Shown piece by piece: positions 19,503 through 27,522 of a stretch of 64,000 nucleotides of DNA. The position numbers were made by a program, and so were the translations under genes. The DNA is from Chloracidobacterium sp. GTDB taxonomy: Bacteria; Acidobacteriota; Blastocatellia; Pyrinomonadales; Pyrinomonadaceae. Positions within the stretch are counted from its first letter, which is position 1. Every line of letters starts with the position of its first letter. The notes under the pieces are model-generated. The model made no database searches. It had not been told where the DNA came from and saw only the letters and a program-made list of their open reading frames with translations. The DNA lies in assembly GCA_031402865.1 (NCBI GenBank), contig JANNST010000052.1, positions 4,089-68,088 on the forward strand, read 5' to 3'.

Positions 19503-20883
19503 ATTCCATTTTTTTCTTTGCAGCCAAAAGAGCTTCAGCAACGCGTTTGGGTGATGTTCCGCCGGTTTGGGATTTGCTGGCAAGGGTTTGTTCGAGGCTC
19601 AATGCGTTGAAAACATCAGCTTCGACTTGATCCGAGACCTTCGCTAGATCTTCGAGGCTCATTTGGTGCAGTTCTTTATTCTGTTCGATGGCAGAGAGCA
19701 CAATTCGGCCGACGGTGTCATGCGCGGTGCGGAACGGGACGCCTTTTTTTACGAGGTAATCGGCAAGCTCGGTAGCGTTAAGATAGCCGTTGACGGCGGC
19801 TTCTCGAGTTCTCGCTTCGTTTACGGTCAAATTGTTCAGCACAACAGCCGCGACATTCAGGCACATTCGCACCGTGTCTACCGTGTCGAAAACCGCTTCT
19901 TTGTCCTCCTGCGTGTCCTTGTTGTACGCCAGCGGCAGCCCTTTAAGTATTGCAAGCAAAGCGGTTTGATGGCCGAAGATGCGGCCGGCCTTGCCTCGCA
20001 AAAGCTCAAGCGCGTCTGGATTTTTCTTCTGCGGCATGAGGCTCGAACCGGTAGACACGGCGTCGCTGAGAGTAATAAAGCCGAACTCTGTCGTCGCGTA
20101 AATAATCAGGTCTTCGGCAAGCCGCGAAAGGTGTACCATTATGAGCGAACACGCCCCGACGAATTCGACGGCGAAATCTCGGTCCGAAACGGCGTCGAGA
20201 CTGTTTGCCGAAACGGCATCGAATCCGAGTTCGGCCGCAACGGCTTCGCGGTCGATATTGAAACTAGTTCCGGCAAGCGCGGCCGAGCCGAGCGGCAGAA
20301 TATTCATACGTCGCGCGGCGTCTGACAGTCGTTCGAGATCACGGGACAGCATTTCAAAGTACGCCAGACACCAATGGGTCCAAAGCACGGGCTGTGCACG
20401 CTGAAGGTGTGTGTAGCCGGGCAGGACTGCTTCCTTGTGGCGTTCGGCAGCGGCGATCAGTGCAGCCTGCATACCTTTCGCATCATTTCGAATGTGCTCA
20501 ATCTCGTCACGAAGCCAAAGGCGAAACGCCGTCGCAACCTGATCGTTGCGGCTGCGGCCCGTATGGACTTTTTTTCCGGTGTCGCCGATGAGCTCGACAA
20601 GTCTCGATTCGATAAACGAATGCACATCTTCCGCATCGGAATCCATATAGGCGGGATCGCCAGCGGCTAGTTCGAGTATTGTCCGCAACGCTCCTGTTAG
20701 GCCGGCGTTTTCGTCCTCAGTCAATATTCCCGCCCGCAAGAGTCCATTGGCATGAGCAATACTCGCGCGGACATCGGCGGTTAACAGCCGTTTATCAAAA
20801 CGAAAGGAATTGTTGAATTCTGCGAAGGTTTCATCCGGCTTCCCCGTGAATCTGCCGCCCCAAAGCTGATCGGATTTGTCCAT
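19501..20883 (-). CDS. argH: argininosuccinate lyase
   Basis: Fumarate-lyase signature GSSLMPQKKNPD, with full-length ArgH-like sequence (LWGGRF, TGRSRNDQVAT). Confidence 0.97.
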   Translation of the reverse strand: MDKSDQLWGGRFTGKPDETFAEFNNSFRFDKRLLTADVRASIAHANGLLRAGILTEDENAGLTGALRTILELAAGDPAYMDSDAEDVHSFIESRLVELIGDTGKKVHTGRSRNDQVATAFRLWLRDEIEHIRNDAKGMQAALIAAAERHKEAVLPGYTHLQRAQPVLWTHWCLAYFEMLSRDLERLSDAARRMNILPLGSAALAGTSFNIDREAVAAELGFDAVSANSLDAVSDRDFAVEFVGACSLIMVHLSRLAEDLIIYATTEFGFITLSDAVSTGSSLMPQKKNPDALELLRGKAGRIFGHQTALLAILKGLPLAYNKDTQEDKEAVFDTVDTVRMCLNVAAVVLNNLTVNEARTREAAVNGYLNATELADYLVKKGVPFRTAHDTVGRIVLSAIEQNKELHQMSLEDLAKVSDQVEADVFNALSLEQTLASKSQTGGTSPKRVAEALLAAKKKME

Positions 20884-20935
20884 TTGCGTTAATTGTAGAT
20901 TCGAAGCGGCGTCGTTGCCAACTTGTGTTTTTCTT

Positions 20936-20996
20936 CTTTGCTACTTTGCGTCTCTGCGGGAGAAGATTTTTCCCGCAAAGACGCAAAGCTGCAAAG
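20936..20996. repeat. hairpin of CTTTGC/GCAAAG-type units in the argH-argG divergent intergenic region
   Basis: ctttgctactttgcgtctctgcggga (20936-20961) is the near reverse complement of tcccgcaaagacgcaaagctgcaaag (20971-20996). Confidence 0.8.
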
Positions 20997-21059
20997 CAGA
21001 AGAGGCCGTTTGTCGAACAACTTGATTGATCGGGGAATTGCATTTAACCTATTTCGAGA

Positions 21060-22259
21060 ATGAGTAAGAAGATAAATAAAGTCGTGCTTGCCTATTCGGG
21101 CGGGCTTGATACATCGGCGATGCTACTTTGGCTTAAGGAGACTTACGAGTGCGAGGTCATTTGTTACTGCGCCGACGTCGGCCAGGGCGAGGAACTGAGC
21201 GGGCTTGAGGAAAAAGCTTTGGCGACCGGTGCTTCGAAGCTGTATGTAGAGGATCTGCGCGAGGAGTTCGTCAAGGATTTTGTCTGGACGGCAGTCAAGG
21301 CAAATGCCCTGTACGAAGGTGTTTACTTGCTCGGCACGTCACTGGCTCGCCCGGTGATAGCTAAAAAGCAGATCGAGATCGCCCAACGCGAAGGTGCTGA
21401 CGCCGTTGCCCACGGCGCTACTGGTAAGGGTAACGATCAGGTGCGTTTTGAGCTGACGTATTATGCGTTGCAGCCGGATATAAAAGTGATCGCACCGTGG
21501 CGTTCGTGGGAATTTAAGGGACGCGCCGACCTCATCGCGTATTGCTCGAAGCACGGAATTCCCGTGGCGGCAACGGCCGCGAAACCTTATTCGATGGATC
21601 GCAACCTGATGCATTGCTCGTACGAAGGCGGCATTCTCGAAGACCCGTGGGCCGCTCCGCCGGATGATATTTTCCTGCTTTCTAAATCACCCGAGAAAGC
21701 CGCCGACAAGGCCGAGGAGATCGTTTTGACCTTCAAAAAAGGCGAGCCGGTCGCCATTAACGGCGAGAAATACGGGGCCGTCGATCTGCTGACAAAGCTA
21801 AATTTTATCGGCGGCGGACACGGAATAGGCCGCGTCGATCTGGTCGAAAATCGATTTGTCGGAATGAAGTCGCGTGGAATTTATGAGACGCCCGGTGTAA
21901 CTATCTTGCAGACCGCACACCGCGCCGTCGAATCGATAACGATTGATCGCGAAGTGATGCGCCTTCGTGACACCCTCGGCGTAAAGTTTGCAGAATCGGT
22001 GTATAACGGCTTTTGGTTCGCACCGGAATTCGAAATTTTGCGCTCGATGGTCGATCAAACGCAGGAAAACGTTTCGGGTGACGTCCGGCTAAAACTATAC
22101 AAAGGCAACGTCATCGTCACCGGCCGCAAATCGCCGTATTCGCTGTATAAACAGCGCATCGTCACGTTCGAAGACGACGCAGGAGCCTACGACCAGCACG
22201 ACGCCGAAGGGTTTATTAAATTGCAGGCGTTGAGGTTGCGTCTCCGAAACATGGAATGA
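21060..22259 (+). CDS. argG: argininosuccinate synthase
   Basis: [24 protein letters not shown] and [17 protein letters not shown] match ArgG over its full length. Confidence 0.97.
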   Translation: MSKKINKVVLAYSGGLDTSAMLLWLKETYECEVICYCADVGQGEELSGLEEKALATGASKLYVEDLREEFVKDFVWTAVKANALYEGVYLLGTSLARPVIAKKQIEIAQREGADAVAHGATGKGNDQVRFELTYYALQPDIKVIAPWRSWEFKGRADLIAYCSKHGIPVAATAAKPYSMDRNLMHCSYEGGILEDPWAAPPDDIFLLSKSPEKAADKAEEIVLTFKKGEPVAINGEKYGAVDLLTKLNFIGGGHGIGRVDLVENRFVGMKSRGIYETPGVTILQTAHRAVESITIDREVMRLRDTLGVKFAESVYNGFWFAPEFEILRSMVDQTQENVSGDVRLKLYKGNVIVTGRKSPYSLYKQRIVTFEDDAGAYDQHDAEGFIKLQALRLRLRNME

Positions 22260-22267
22260 TTTTTCTC

Positions 22268-22295
22268 TTGATTATTCATTTATTTTCATTATAAT
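22268..22295 (+). promoter_or_regulatory. candidate promoter TTGATT-16-TATAAT overlapping three TTCATT direct repeats
   Basis: The -10 ends 8 nt before the antitoxin ATG (22304), so the mRNA would be leaderless or nearly so. TTCATT occurs at 22275, 22285 and 22295 (about 10-nt phasing) and is a plausible operator. Confidence 0.45.
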
Positions 22296-22303
22296 TCATT
22301 ATT

Positions 22304-22522
22304 ATGTCTGAAACGGCCACACTTTCAACGATTATCGATGCCCGAGTAAAAGATGCTCTGGTTAACTTTTGCAAGAGACGAGGTATCAAGATGCGTTACT
22401 TGATCGAACAAGCTCTGGTCGAACAACTTGAAGACGAGATCGATATCGAGGCATATCATGCCCGACGTAATGAAGAGACCGTCTCTTTAGAACAAGTTTT
22501 GGCGGGTGTTAAGCACAAGTAA
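22304..22522 (+). CDS. type II antitoxin (ribbon-helix-helix / RelB-DinJ-like)
   Basis: 72 aa and acidic in the C-terminal half. It lies 6 nt upstream of a RelE/ParE-type toxin gene. The N-terminal beta-strand plus helices (TLSTIIDARVKDALVNFCKRRG) fit an RHH fold. Confidence 0.7.
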   Translation: MSETATLSTIIDARVKDALVNFCKRRGIKMRYLIEQALVEQLEDEIDIEAYHARRNEETVSLEQVLAGVKHK

Positions 22523-22528
22523 GCACTG

Positions 22529-22798
22529 ATGGAGACTTATAAGGTTGAGTTCGTCAAAAGCGCCCAAAAAGAGTTTGACGGGTTGCCCGCTAAGATGCAA
22601 ATCAAAACGGCCGAAGCCTCGCGGTTGCTTGCTCAAAACCCATTTTCGGAGTTGATAAAGGTCAAGAAGCTCAAAGGAGCGGACAAGCTATACCGGATCA
22701 GATTGGGCGATTATCGCGTGGTCTATGAGATACGAAACGAGCAACTGATCGTCTTAGAAATTAAGATCGGGCATAGGCGCGAGATTTACAAGCGTTGA
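22529..22798 (+). CDS. type II toxin, RelE/ParE superfamily
   Basis: 89 aa. YKVEFVKSAQKEFDGLP...KKLKG...YRIRLGDYRVVYEI....LIVLEIKIGHRREIY is a typical RelE/StbE pattern. Confidence 0.8.
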   Translation: METYKVEFVKSAQKEFDGLPAKMQIKTAEASRLLAQNPFSELIKVKKLKGADKLYRIRLGDYRVVYEIRNEQLIVLEIKIGHRREIYKR

Positions 22799-22801
22799 TA
22801 G

Positions 22802-23290
22802 TTGGAACCCAAATGCGTAGGCCGAAGGTTACTTAAAATTGCAGACGTTGACATTGAGGGAGATGGAGTCGTTGTGGGAAAGTTCATTCACATCAAATCA
22901 CATAAGTTTCCAATACTTCAGGGCGAGGATGACGAGATTGTAAACAATGGAATGTATGGAAAAGCACTGGCGGAATATCTGAAGGCAGAACTGACGAAAC
23001 AAAGATATCGGGTTCCGTTCGTTTGTGCCGAAGATTGGGGATGGTGGGTAGAACTCTCAGTAGATCAGATGCGAGCAGGTATTTGTGTCTATGCAGTTCC
23101 GGAAACTAGCGAACCGATCGAATACGTATGCACGGACGGATTTAAGAGCGACAGAAAATGGAACTGGTCAAAATTTCGATTCATTGACACACGCTTAATA
23201 GCGGCCGGGTTGCACGATGCGGTTTTGAGCGTATTTCAGAATGACCGAGAGATCGAGATAATCGCGGTCACGGACGAATTCCCCTGCTGA
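22802..23290 (+). CDS. hypothetical protein (no recognised family); start uncertain
   Basis: Open frame begins 3 nt after the toxin stop. There is no ATG near the 5' end; the track uses TTG 22802, and an in-frame GTG at 22874 has GGAG 5 nt upstream. Trp-rich core AEDWGWWVEL. Confidence 0.4.
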   Translation: MEPKCVGRRLLKIADVDIEGDGVVVGKFIHIKSHKFPILQGEDDEIVNNGMYGKALAEYLKAELTKQRYRVPFVCAEDWGWWVELSVDQMRAGICVYAVPETSEPIEYVCTDGFKSDRKWNWSKFRFIDTRLIAAGLHDAVLSVFQNDREIEIIAVTDEFPC

Positions 23291-23369
23291 TTTGTGGGGT
23301 GTTTCGCCTCGAATGCCGGAAAGAACTTGGTCTTTATATTGGTGTTGGAGATTTTTTTGATTTTCGAAG

Positions 23370-23759
23370 ATGACATCAGAAGTTATTGAGAAATGGCACA
23401 GCATTGTCCGAAAGCGGGATCAGAGCGGCCTGAATGAGTTGTTAGATGACGATGTAGTGTTCTACTCGCCTGTCGTTCACACGCCACAGCATGGCAAGGC
23501 GGTCACGACGGCGTATCTGACGGCGGCCCTCCATGTGTTTGGCAACGGGAGTTTCAGGTATGTTCGCGAAGTTGTGGGTGAGAGTGATGCGGTGCTTGAG
23601 TTCGAGACCGAGATCGACGGCATCACCGTCAACGGAGTCGATATGATCAAGTGGAACGACGAAGGCAGGATCGTTGAATTCAAGGTGATGATCCGTCCGC
23701 TAAAGGCGATCAACCTAATCCATCAAAAGACGGCGACAATGCTGTCGGCAAGTCAATAA
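23370..23759 (+). CDS. SnoaL-like / NTF2-fold protein
   Basis: 129 aa. The pattern DDDVVFYSPVVHTP..G...........F.Y......GESDAVLEF.......VNGVDMIKWNDEGRIVEFKVMIRP fits the NTF2-like fold. Confidence 0.6.
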   Translation: MTSEVIEKWHSIVRKRDQSGLNELLDDDVVFYSPVVHTPQHGKAVTTAYLTAALHVFGNGSFRYVREVVGESDAVLEFETEIDGITVNGVDMIKWNDEGRIVEFKVMIRPLKAINLIHQKTATMLSASQ

Positions 23760-23766
23760 ATACAGT

Positions 23767-24462
23767 TCACCCCGAGCAAAGCACAACTCGATAAGGGGCG
23801 AACCGAGTTACGGCAAACTCTGATAAACCGGCTTTTTCGCCAAGGGTTTGAAGATCGGGAATCCGAAATCCTTTCCTTATCGACAGCGAACCGTCCTGCC
23901 TAACCAGTGGGCTAATACGATACACGACGCAAAATAGCTGATAGAGAAACCATGCTTTTACGCTTCGTTCAAGGTCGATGACGACGATGCCGCGGCTGGC
24001 AACGCGGGACATTTCCTTCAATACTACCGGAATTTGCTTGTCGGTCAGGTGATGGGTGAAAAGGGAGCAGATGGCGTAGTCGAACGAATTGTCGGCGAAA
24101 GGCAGATTCAAGGCGTCGCCCTGAACCGGAGATATCTCATCGTATTTGAGAGATTCAGCACCGATCTCTTTAACCGACAAAGCGTTTAGATCTAGTCCGA
24201 CAAGACGCGTTTTTCTCGTTCTGGCCCGGGAAAATTCAGCAATAACCCCCAGCAATTCGCCCGTTCCCGCCCCCACATCGAGCACGCTAAATTCTTTCAA
24301 ATTAAGGCGGGTAACTTCTGCAAGCAGAGTCTTTTCAAGCGCCGCACGGTCGCCAAGCCGTTGATTGATGAAGCGGATTTCACGAAGGAAAGTGGCGTAT
24401 TCTTCGGGCGTGTAATCGCCGGTATCGATGCGTTCGAGTTTGAGGCTGCGGGTTTTGAACAC
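23767..24462 (-). CDS. class I SAM-dependent methyltransferase
   Basis: Motif I VLDVGAGTGEL. The start was trimmed to an in-frame GTG (24462) because the upstream part of the track ORF (to 24774) runs through the palindromic repeat 24492-24657. The exact start is uncertain. Confidence 0.72.
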   Translation of the reverse strand: MFKTRSLKLERIDTGDYTPEEYATFLREIRFINQRLGDRAALEKTLLAEVTRLNLKEFSVLDVGAGTGELLGVIAEFSRARTRKTRLVGLDLNALSVKEIGAESLKYDEISPVQGDALNLPFADNSFDYAICSLFTHHLTDKQIPVVLKEMSRVASRGIVVIDLERSVKAWFLYQLFCVVYRISPLVRQDGSLSIRKGFRIPDLQTLGEKAGLSEFAVTRFAPYRVVLCSG

Positions 24463-24491
24463 TCGTTGAGCATAGCAGAAGGGAAATTTTA

Positions 24492-24657
24492 ACGCAGAGA
24501 CGCAGAGACGCAGAGACGCTGAGGAAGGAAGGATTAGCCACGGATGAACACAGATGGACACAGATGAATCTCGATATTTTCTGGTTTTCCTATCCGTGTT
24601 CATCCGTGTAAATCTGTGGATGAAATTCTTTTCTCTCTGCGTCTCCGCGTCTCGGCG
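24492..24657. repeat. nested palindrome: outer GCAGAGAC octamers, inner CACGGATGAACACAGATG arms
   Basis: The outer arm acgcagagacgcagagacgcagagacgctgag pairs with ctctctgcgtctccgcgtctcggcg. The inner arm ccacggatgaacacagatggacacagatg pairs with tatccgtgttcatccgtgtaaatctgtgg. Confidence 0.85.
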
Positions 24658-24667
24658 GTGAAAAATC

Positions 24668-25927
24668 CTATCCAAGATAACCGCGGAAGTTCGCCGGGAT
24701 CGCCGTGTACTTCGGAAAAAGCTTTGCAAGATCTTTTGTACCGAGGTGTTTGCTGGCAGCTTCGGCAAAGACATCTCGGAAGTCTGTTGTCAATGCCAGG
24801 TCGCGGCCTTCGTTTAGCTGGTCGGGTTTTAGGCCTTTCCAGTCGCCGTAGACCTTGCCGCCCTTTACGGAATTGCCTAGCACGAACATCGCGTTGGCGT
24901 GGCCGTGATCTGTGCCGCGTGATCCATTTTCGCGGGCCGTGCGGCCGAACTCTGACATTGTCAGCAGAACCACGTCGTCCATTCGCTGGCCAAGATCGGT
25001 TGCGAATGCGGCGATAGCGGCGCCGAAATCGCGAAGCAGGTTCGCAAGCTGGCCGCGGGCTCCGCCTTGGTTAACGTGCGTATCCCAGCCGCCAGCTTCG
25101 GCGAATGCTACTTCTAATCCCACACCCGCTTTTATCAACTGCGCGATCTGCATAAGCGAGCGGCCAAGCGGCGTTGTTGGATAGATCGCACCGTTCTCAG
25201 GCTTGTATTTTGCGGGGTTTGCCTGCTTCAAAAAATTGACCGCTTCGAACGTTTCCTTGCCCGTTTCACCCAGGCTGTCCTTTGTTGCCTGGCCGTAAAC
25301 GCCCTCGAAACCGCCCTGCACATTCTTTGTATAAACGCCGGCTTTGATGGCAAAATCGGCGAGGTTCGTCATCGCGATTGACGGTGAACGTCCGTATAGC
25401 GCTCGGGGCAGTTGCTGTGTCATGGCGACGGCGCGAAACGGCGAATCGTCTTTGCCGGACGTCGCCTGCATTGCCCGATTTAACCAGCCGTCACGTGTAC
25501 CCTTGAATCCTGGCGTGCCGGACTCCATATAATCCTGAGCGTCAAAATGCGAACGCGTGTTGTCGGGCGAACCGGCTGAATGAATAACGGCAAGCTGTTT
25601 CGCGGCCCAGAATTTTTCCAGCGGTTTGAGCGACGGATGCAGGCCGAAAAAGCCATCCAGATTCACGGCACCGTCAGTCTTATTGGGTGCGGGAATAGCA
25701 ATCGTGCGGCGGATATTGTAATACTCGCTGTCACCATGCGGAACAACCATATTCAGGCCATCGACCGCTCCGCGCTGGAATATCGTGACCAAAACCTTCT
25801 TTCTACCGTAACCGTTTTTAGTATCGGCCGCGTTTGCAAACTGGTGTAGAAAGTCCGGTGCGGCGGCCATCATGCCGAAACTTGCCAGTCCGATACCGCT
25901 CGTCTTTAGAAAAAATCTTCTGTCCAT
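24668..25927 (-). CDS. DUF1501 domain protein (sulfatase-like fold, Tat signal)
   Basis: Twin-arginine-type N-terminus MDRRFFLKTSGIGLASFG. SEFGRT..ENGS.GTDHGHAN is characteristic of DUF1501. Confidence 0.85.
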   Translation of the reverse strand: MDRRFFLKTSGIGLASFGMMAAAPDFLHQFANAADTKNGYGRKKVLVTIFQRGAVDGLNMVVPHGDSEYYNIRRTIAIPAPNKTDGAVNLDGFFGLHPSLKPLEKFWAAKQLAVIHSAGSPDNTRSHFDAQDYMESGTPGFKGTRDGWLNRAMQATSGKDDSPFRAVAMTQQLPRALYGRSPSIAMTNLADFAIKAGVYTKNVQGGFEGVYGQATKDSLGETGKETFEAVNFLKQANPAKYKPENGAIYPTTPLGRSLMQIAQLIKAGVGLEVAFAEAGGWDTHVNQGGARGQLANLLRDFGAAIAAFATDLGQRMDDVVLLTMSEFGRTARENGSRGTDHGHANAMFVLGNSVKGGKVYGDWKGLKPDQLNEGRDLALTTDFRDVFAEAASKHLGTKDLAKLFPKYTAIPANFRGYLG

Positions 25928-26055
25928 TATTGCTTACCTCTTGTCTTTATTACCGCCCGCGTTCGATCACCCACATTATCTTAGACGTCCAGGAAAGTGG
26001 AATGGTCATTTTTTATTTTTTGCTTTTGCCTTGTGTTCATTATAGATTAGTAAAA

Positions 26056-26871
26056 ATGCGTGAAGAACTAGTAAAACTTATCGTCGAACGTCTGGGGCGT
26101 GATGCGGAAGCCATCAGCCGCGATTTTGCGTCGGAAAGAGAGATTCCAACCCGATTCTGCGCTATCGACGATCTTCTTCCCGAAGAGATCGCCCTTAAAT
26201 TTGACGCGTCGTTTCCCGCATCGAGCGAAATGCGGCTGCTTGACACCTTTCGAGAGAAGAAGTTCACCTCGAAATCACTTGATAAGTTCGACCCGCTGAT
26301 CGCCGATATAACTTTCGCATTTCAGGACGAACGGGTAATCGAAAAGGTTGCTGAGGTGACGGGAATCAAGGACGCAGTCGGTGATCCGCATCTGTACGCC
26401 GGTGGCATAAGCGCAATGGAACGGGGGCATTTTCTTAATCCGCATATAGACAATTCGCACGACGGTGAACAGAAAAACTACCGGGTGTTGAACCTTCTTT
26501 ATTACATTACACCTGATTGGAAAGCCGAAAACGGCGGGAATCTCGAGCTTTGGGATGAGAAGGTAAAGCGGCCGGTCGAGATACCCAGCCTTTTTAACCG
26601 CCTTGTGTTGATGTCAACAAACGACAAGGCGTGGCATTCAGTTAACGAGGTCAAAACCGACGGCACACGCCGCTGTATCTCGAATTACTACTTCTCACCG
26701 CACTCGCCAAACGGATATGAGACGACCCACGTCACATACTTCATGGCCCGCCCCGAACAGAAACTCCGCCGCCTTGTAACAAAAGCCGACAGCGACCTCC
26801 GAACCGTTTTGCGCAAGATAAAGAAAAGCGGTTTTGCGAAGAAGGATGTGTTCGAGGGCAAGGCGAAGTAA
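26056..26871 (+). CDS. 2OG-Fe(II) oxygenase superfamily protein
   Basis: Start trimmed to MREELVKL (26056). The HxD...H context is FLNPHIDNSHD ... KAWHSV, with NGGNLELWD, typical of prolyl-hydroxylase-like dioxygenases. Confidence 0.7.
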   Translation: MREELVKLIVERLGRDAEAISRDFASEREIPTRFCAIDDLLPEEIALKFDASFPASSEMRLLDTFREKKFTSKSLDKFDPLIADITFAFQDERVIEKVAEVTGIKDAVGDPHLYAGGISAMERGHFLNPHIDNSHDGEQKNYRVLNLLYYITPDWKAENGGNLELWDEKVKRPVEIPSLFNRLVLMSTNDKAWHSVNEVKTDGTRRCISNYYFSPHSPNGYETTHVTYFMARPEQKLRRLVTKADSDLRTVLRKIKKSGFAKKDVFEGKAK

Positions 26872-26873
26872 CT

Positions 26874-27515
26874 TGCGAAAGCCCGCACGAAGTAAGGGCG
26901 ATACACTCAACGAACCCAATCATCCGTTTCAAACGGCACATCGTCCTGACAATAGAGAACGTAGTTCACAGCCGCCTCGACGTGGGGCGGCTTCCACAAA
27001 TAGCGCCGACTCCGGCCCCGGGACCAAACTCGCTCCGTAGCTCCGACTAGTCCGAGTTCCCTCAACCGTTTCGTCGCAAATGCTTTCATCGCATCAGCAA
27101 TCCTTTCGGGCTTCGCAGCAGCGGATGCTACTGCATGAACATGATTCGTGCGCACGTTCAGCGCATGGAGCCCATAATTTCTTTGGCCGCACAGCATCTC
27201 AATAGCGTCCGTAACGGCTCGTCGCTGGTCGGTTTTTAGTATTACAGGAGACTGCGCCATTTTTTCCTGCATACGTTCTTGAAGCGGCAGATTCGGATCA
27301 AGTTTTACTGTGCCCGGTACATCACGGTTGCTTCGGTTGATCGAAGATCGGTCATCGCCGTGCAGCCACGTTCCGAATGTCCGAAAGGTCATCAGGTATG
27401 CAAGGGGAAACTCGTTTTCTCCGTAGATATCAAATCCGTAGTCGTCGAGCATTTTGAGTTTGAGCGTGCCTCCTTCACTTGAGCATATCGCCCTTACTTC
27501 GTGCGGGCTTTCGCA
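26874..27515 (-). mobile_element. RAYT-like unit: Y1 (HUH) transposase gene bracketed by inverted 35-nt REP-like repeats
   Basis: TGCGAAAGCCCGCACGAAGTAAGGGCGATACACTC at 26874-26908 has its reverse complement at 27481-27515 (33/35 identical). Confidence 0.7.
26907..27452 (-). CDS. IS200/IS605-family Y1 transposase-like protein (REP-associated tyrosine transposase candidate)
   Basis: HUH motif NHVHAV and a C-terminal Tyr region NYVLYCQ. About 181 aa from the internal ATG 27452. The longer track ORF (to 27611) runs through the flanking repeat and the GH92 3' end. Confidence 0.72.
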   Translation of the reverse strand: MLDDYGFDIYGENEFPLAYLMTFRTFGTWLHGDDRSSINRSNRDVPGTVKLDPNLPLQERMQEKMAQSPVILKTDQRRAVTDAIEMLCGQRNYGLHALNVRTNHVHAVASAAAKPERIADAMKAFATKRLRELGLVGATERVWSRGRSRRYLWKPPHVEAAVNYVLYCQDDVPFETDDWVR

Positions 27516-27522
27516 TAAAAAG

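Noticed and set aside
19663-20325. 220-aa plus-strand ORF
   Set aside because: It is antisense to argH, which has a full-length fumarate-lyase signature.
24492-24520. Tandem octamers (GCAGAGAC x3), and similar runs elsewhere, considered as a possible CRISPR-like array
   Set aside because: The units are 8 nt with no spacers. They form arms of palindromes, and no cas genes are present. They are not a CRISPR array.
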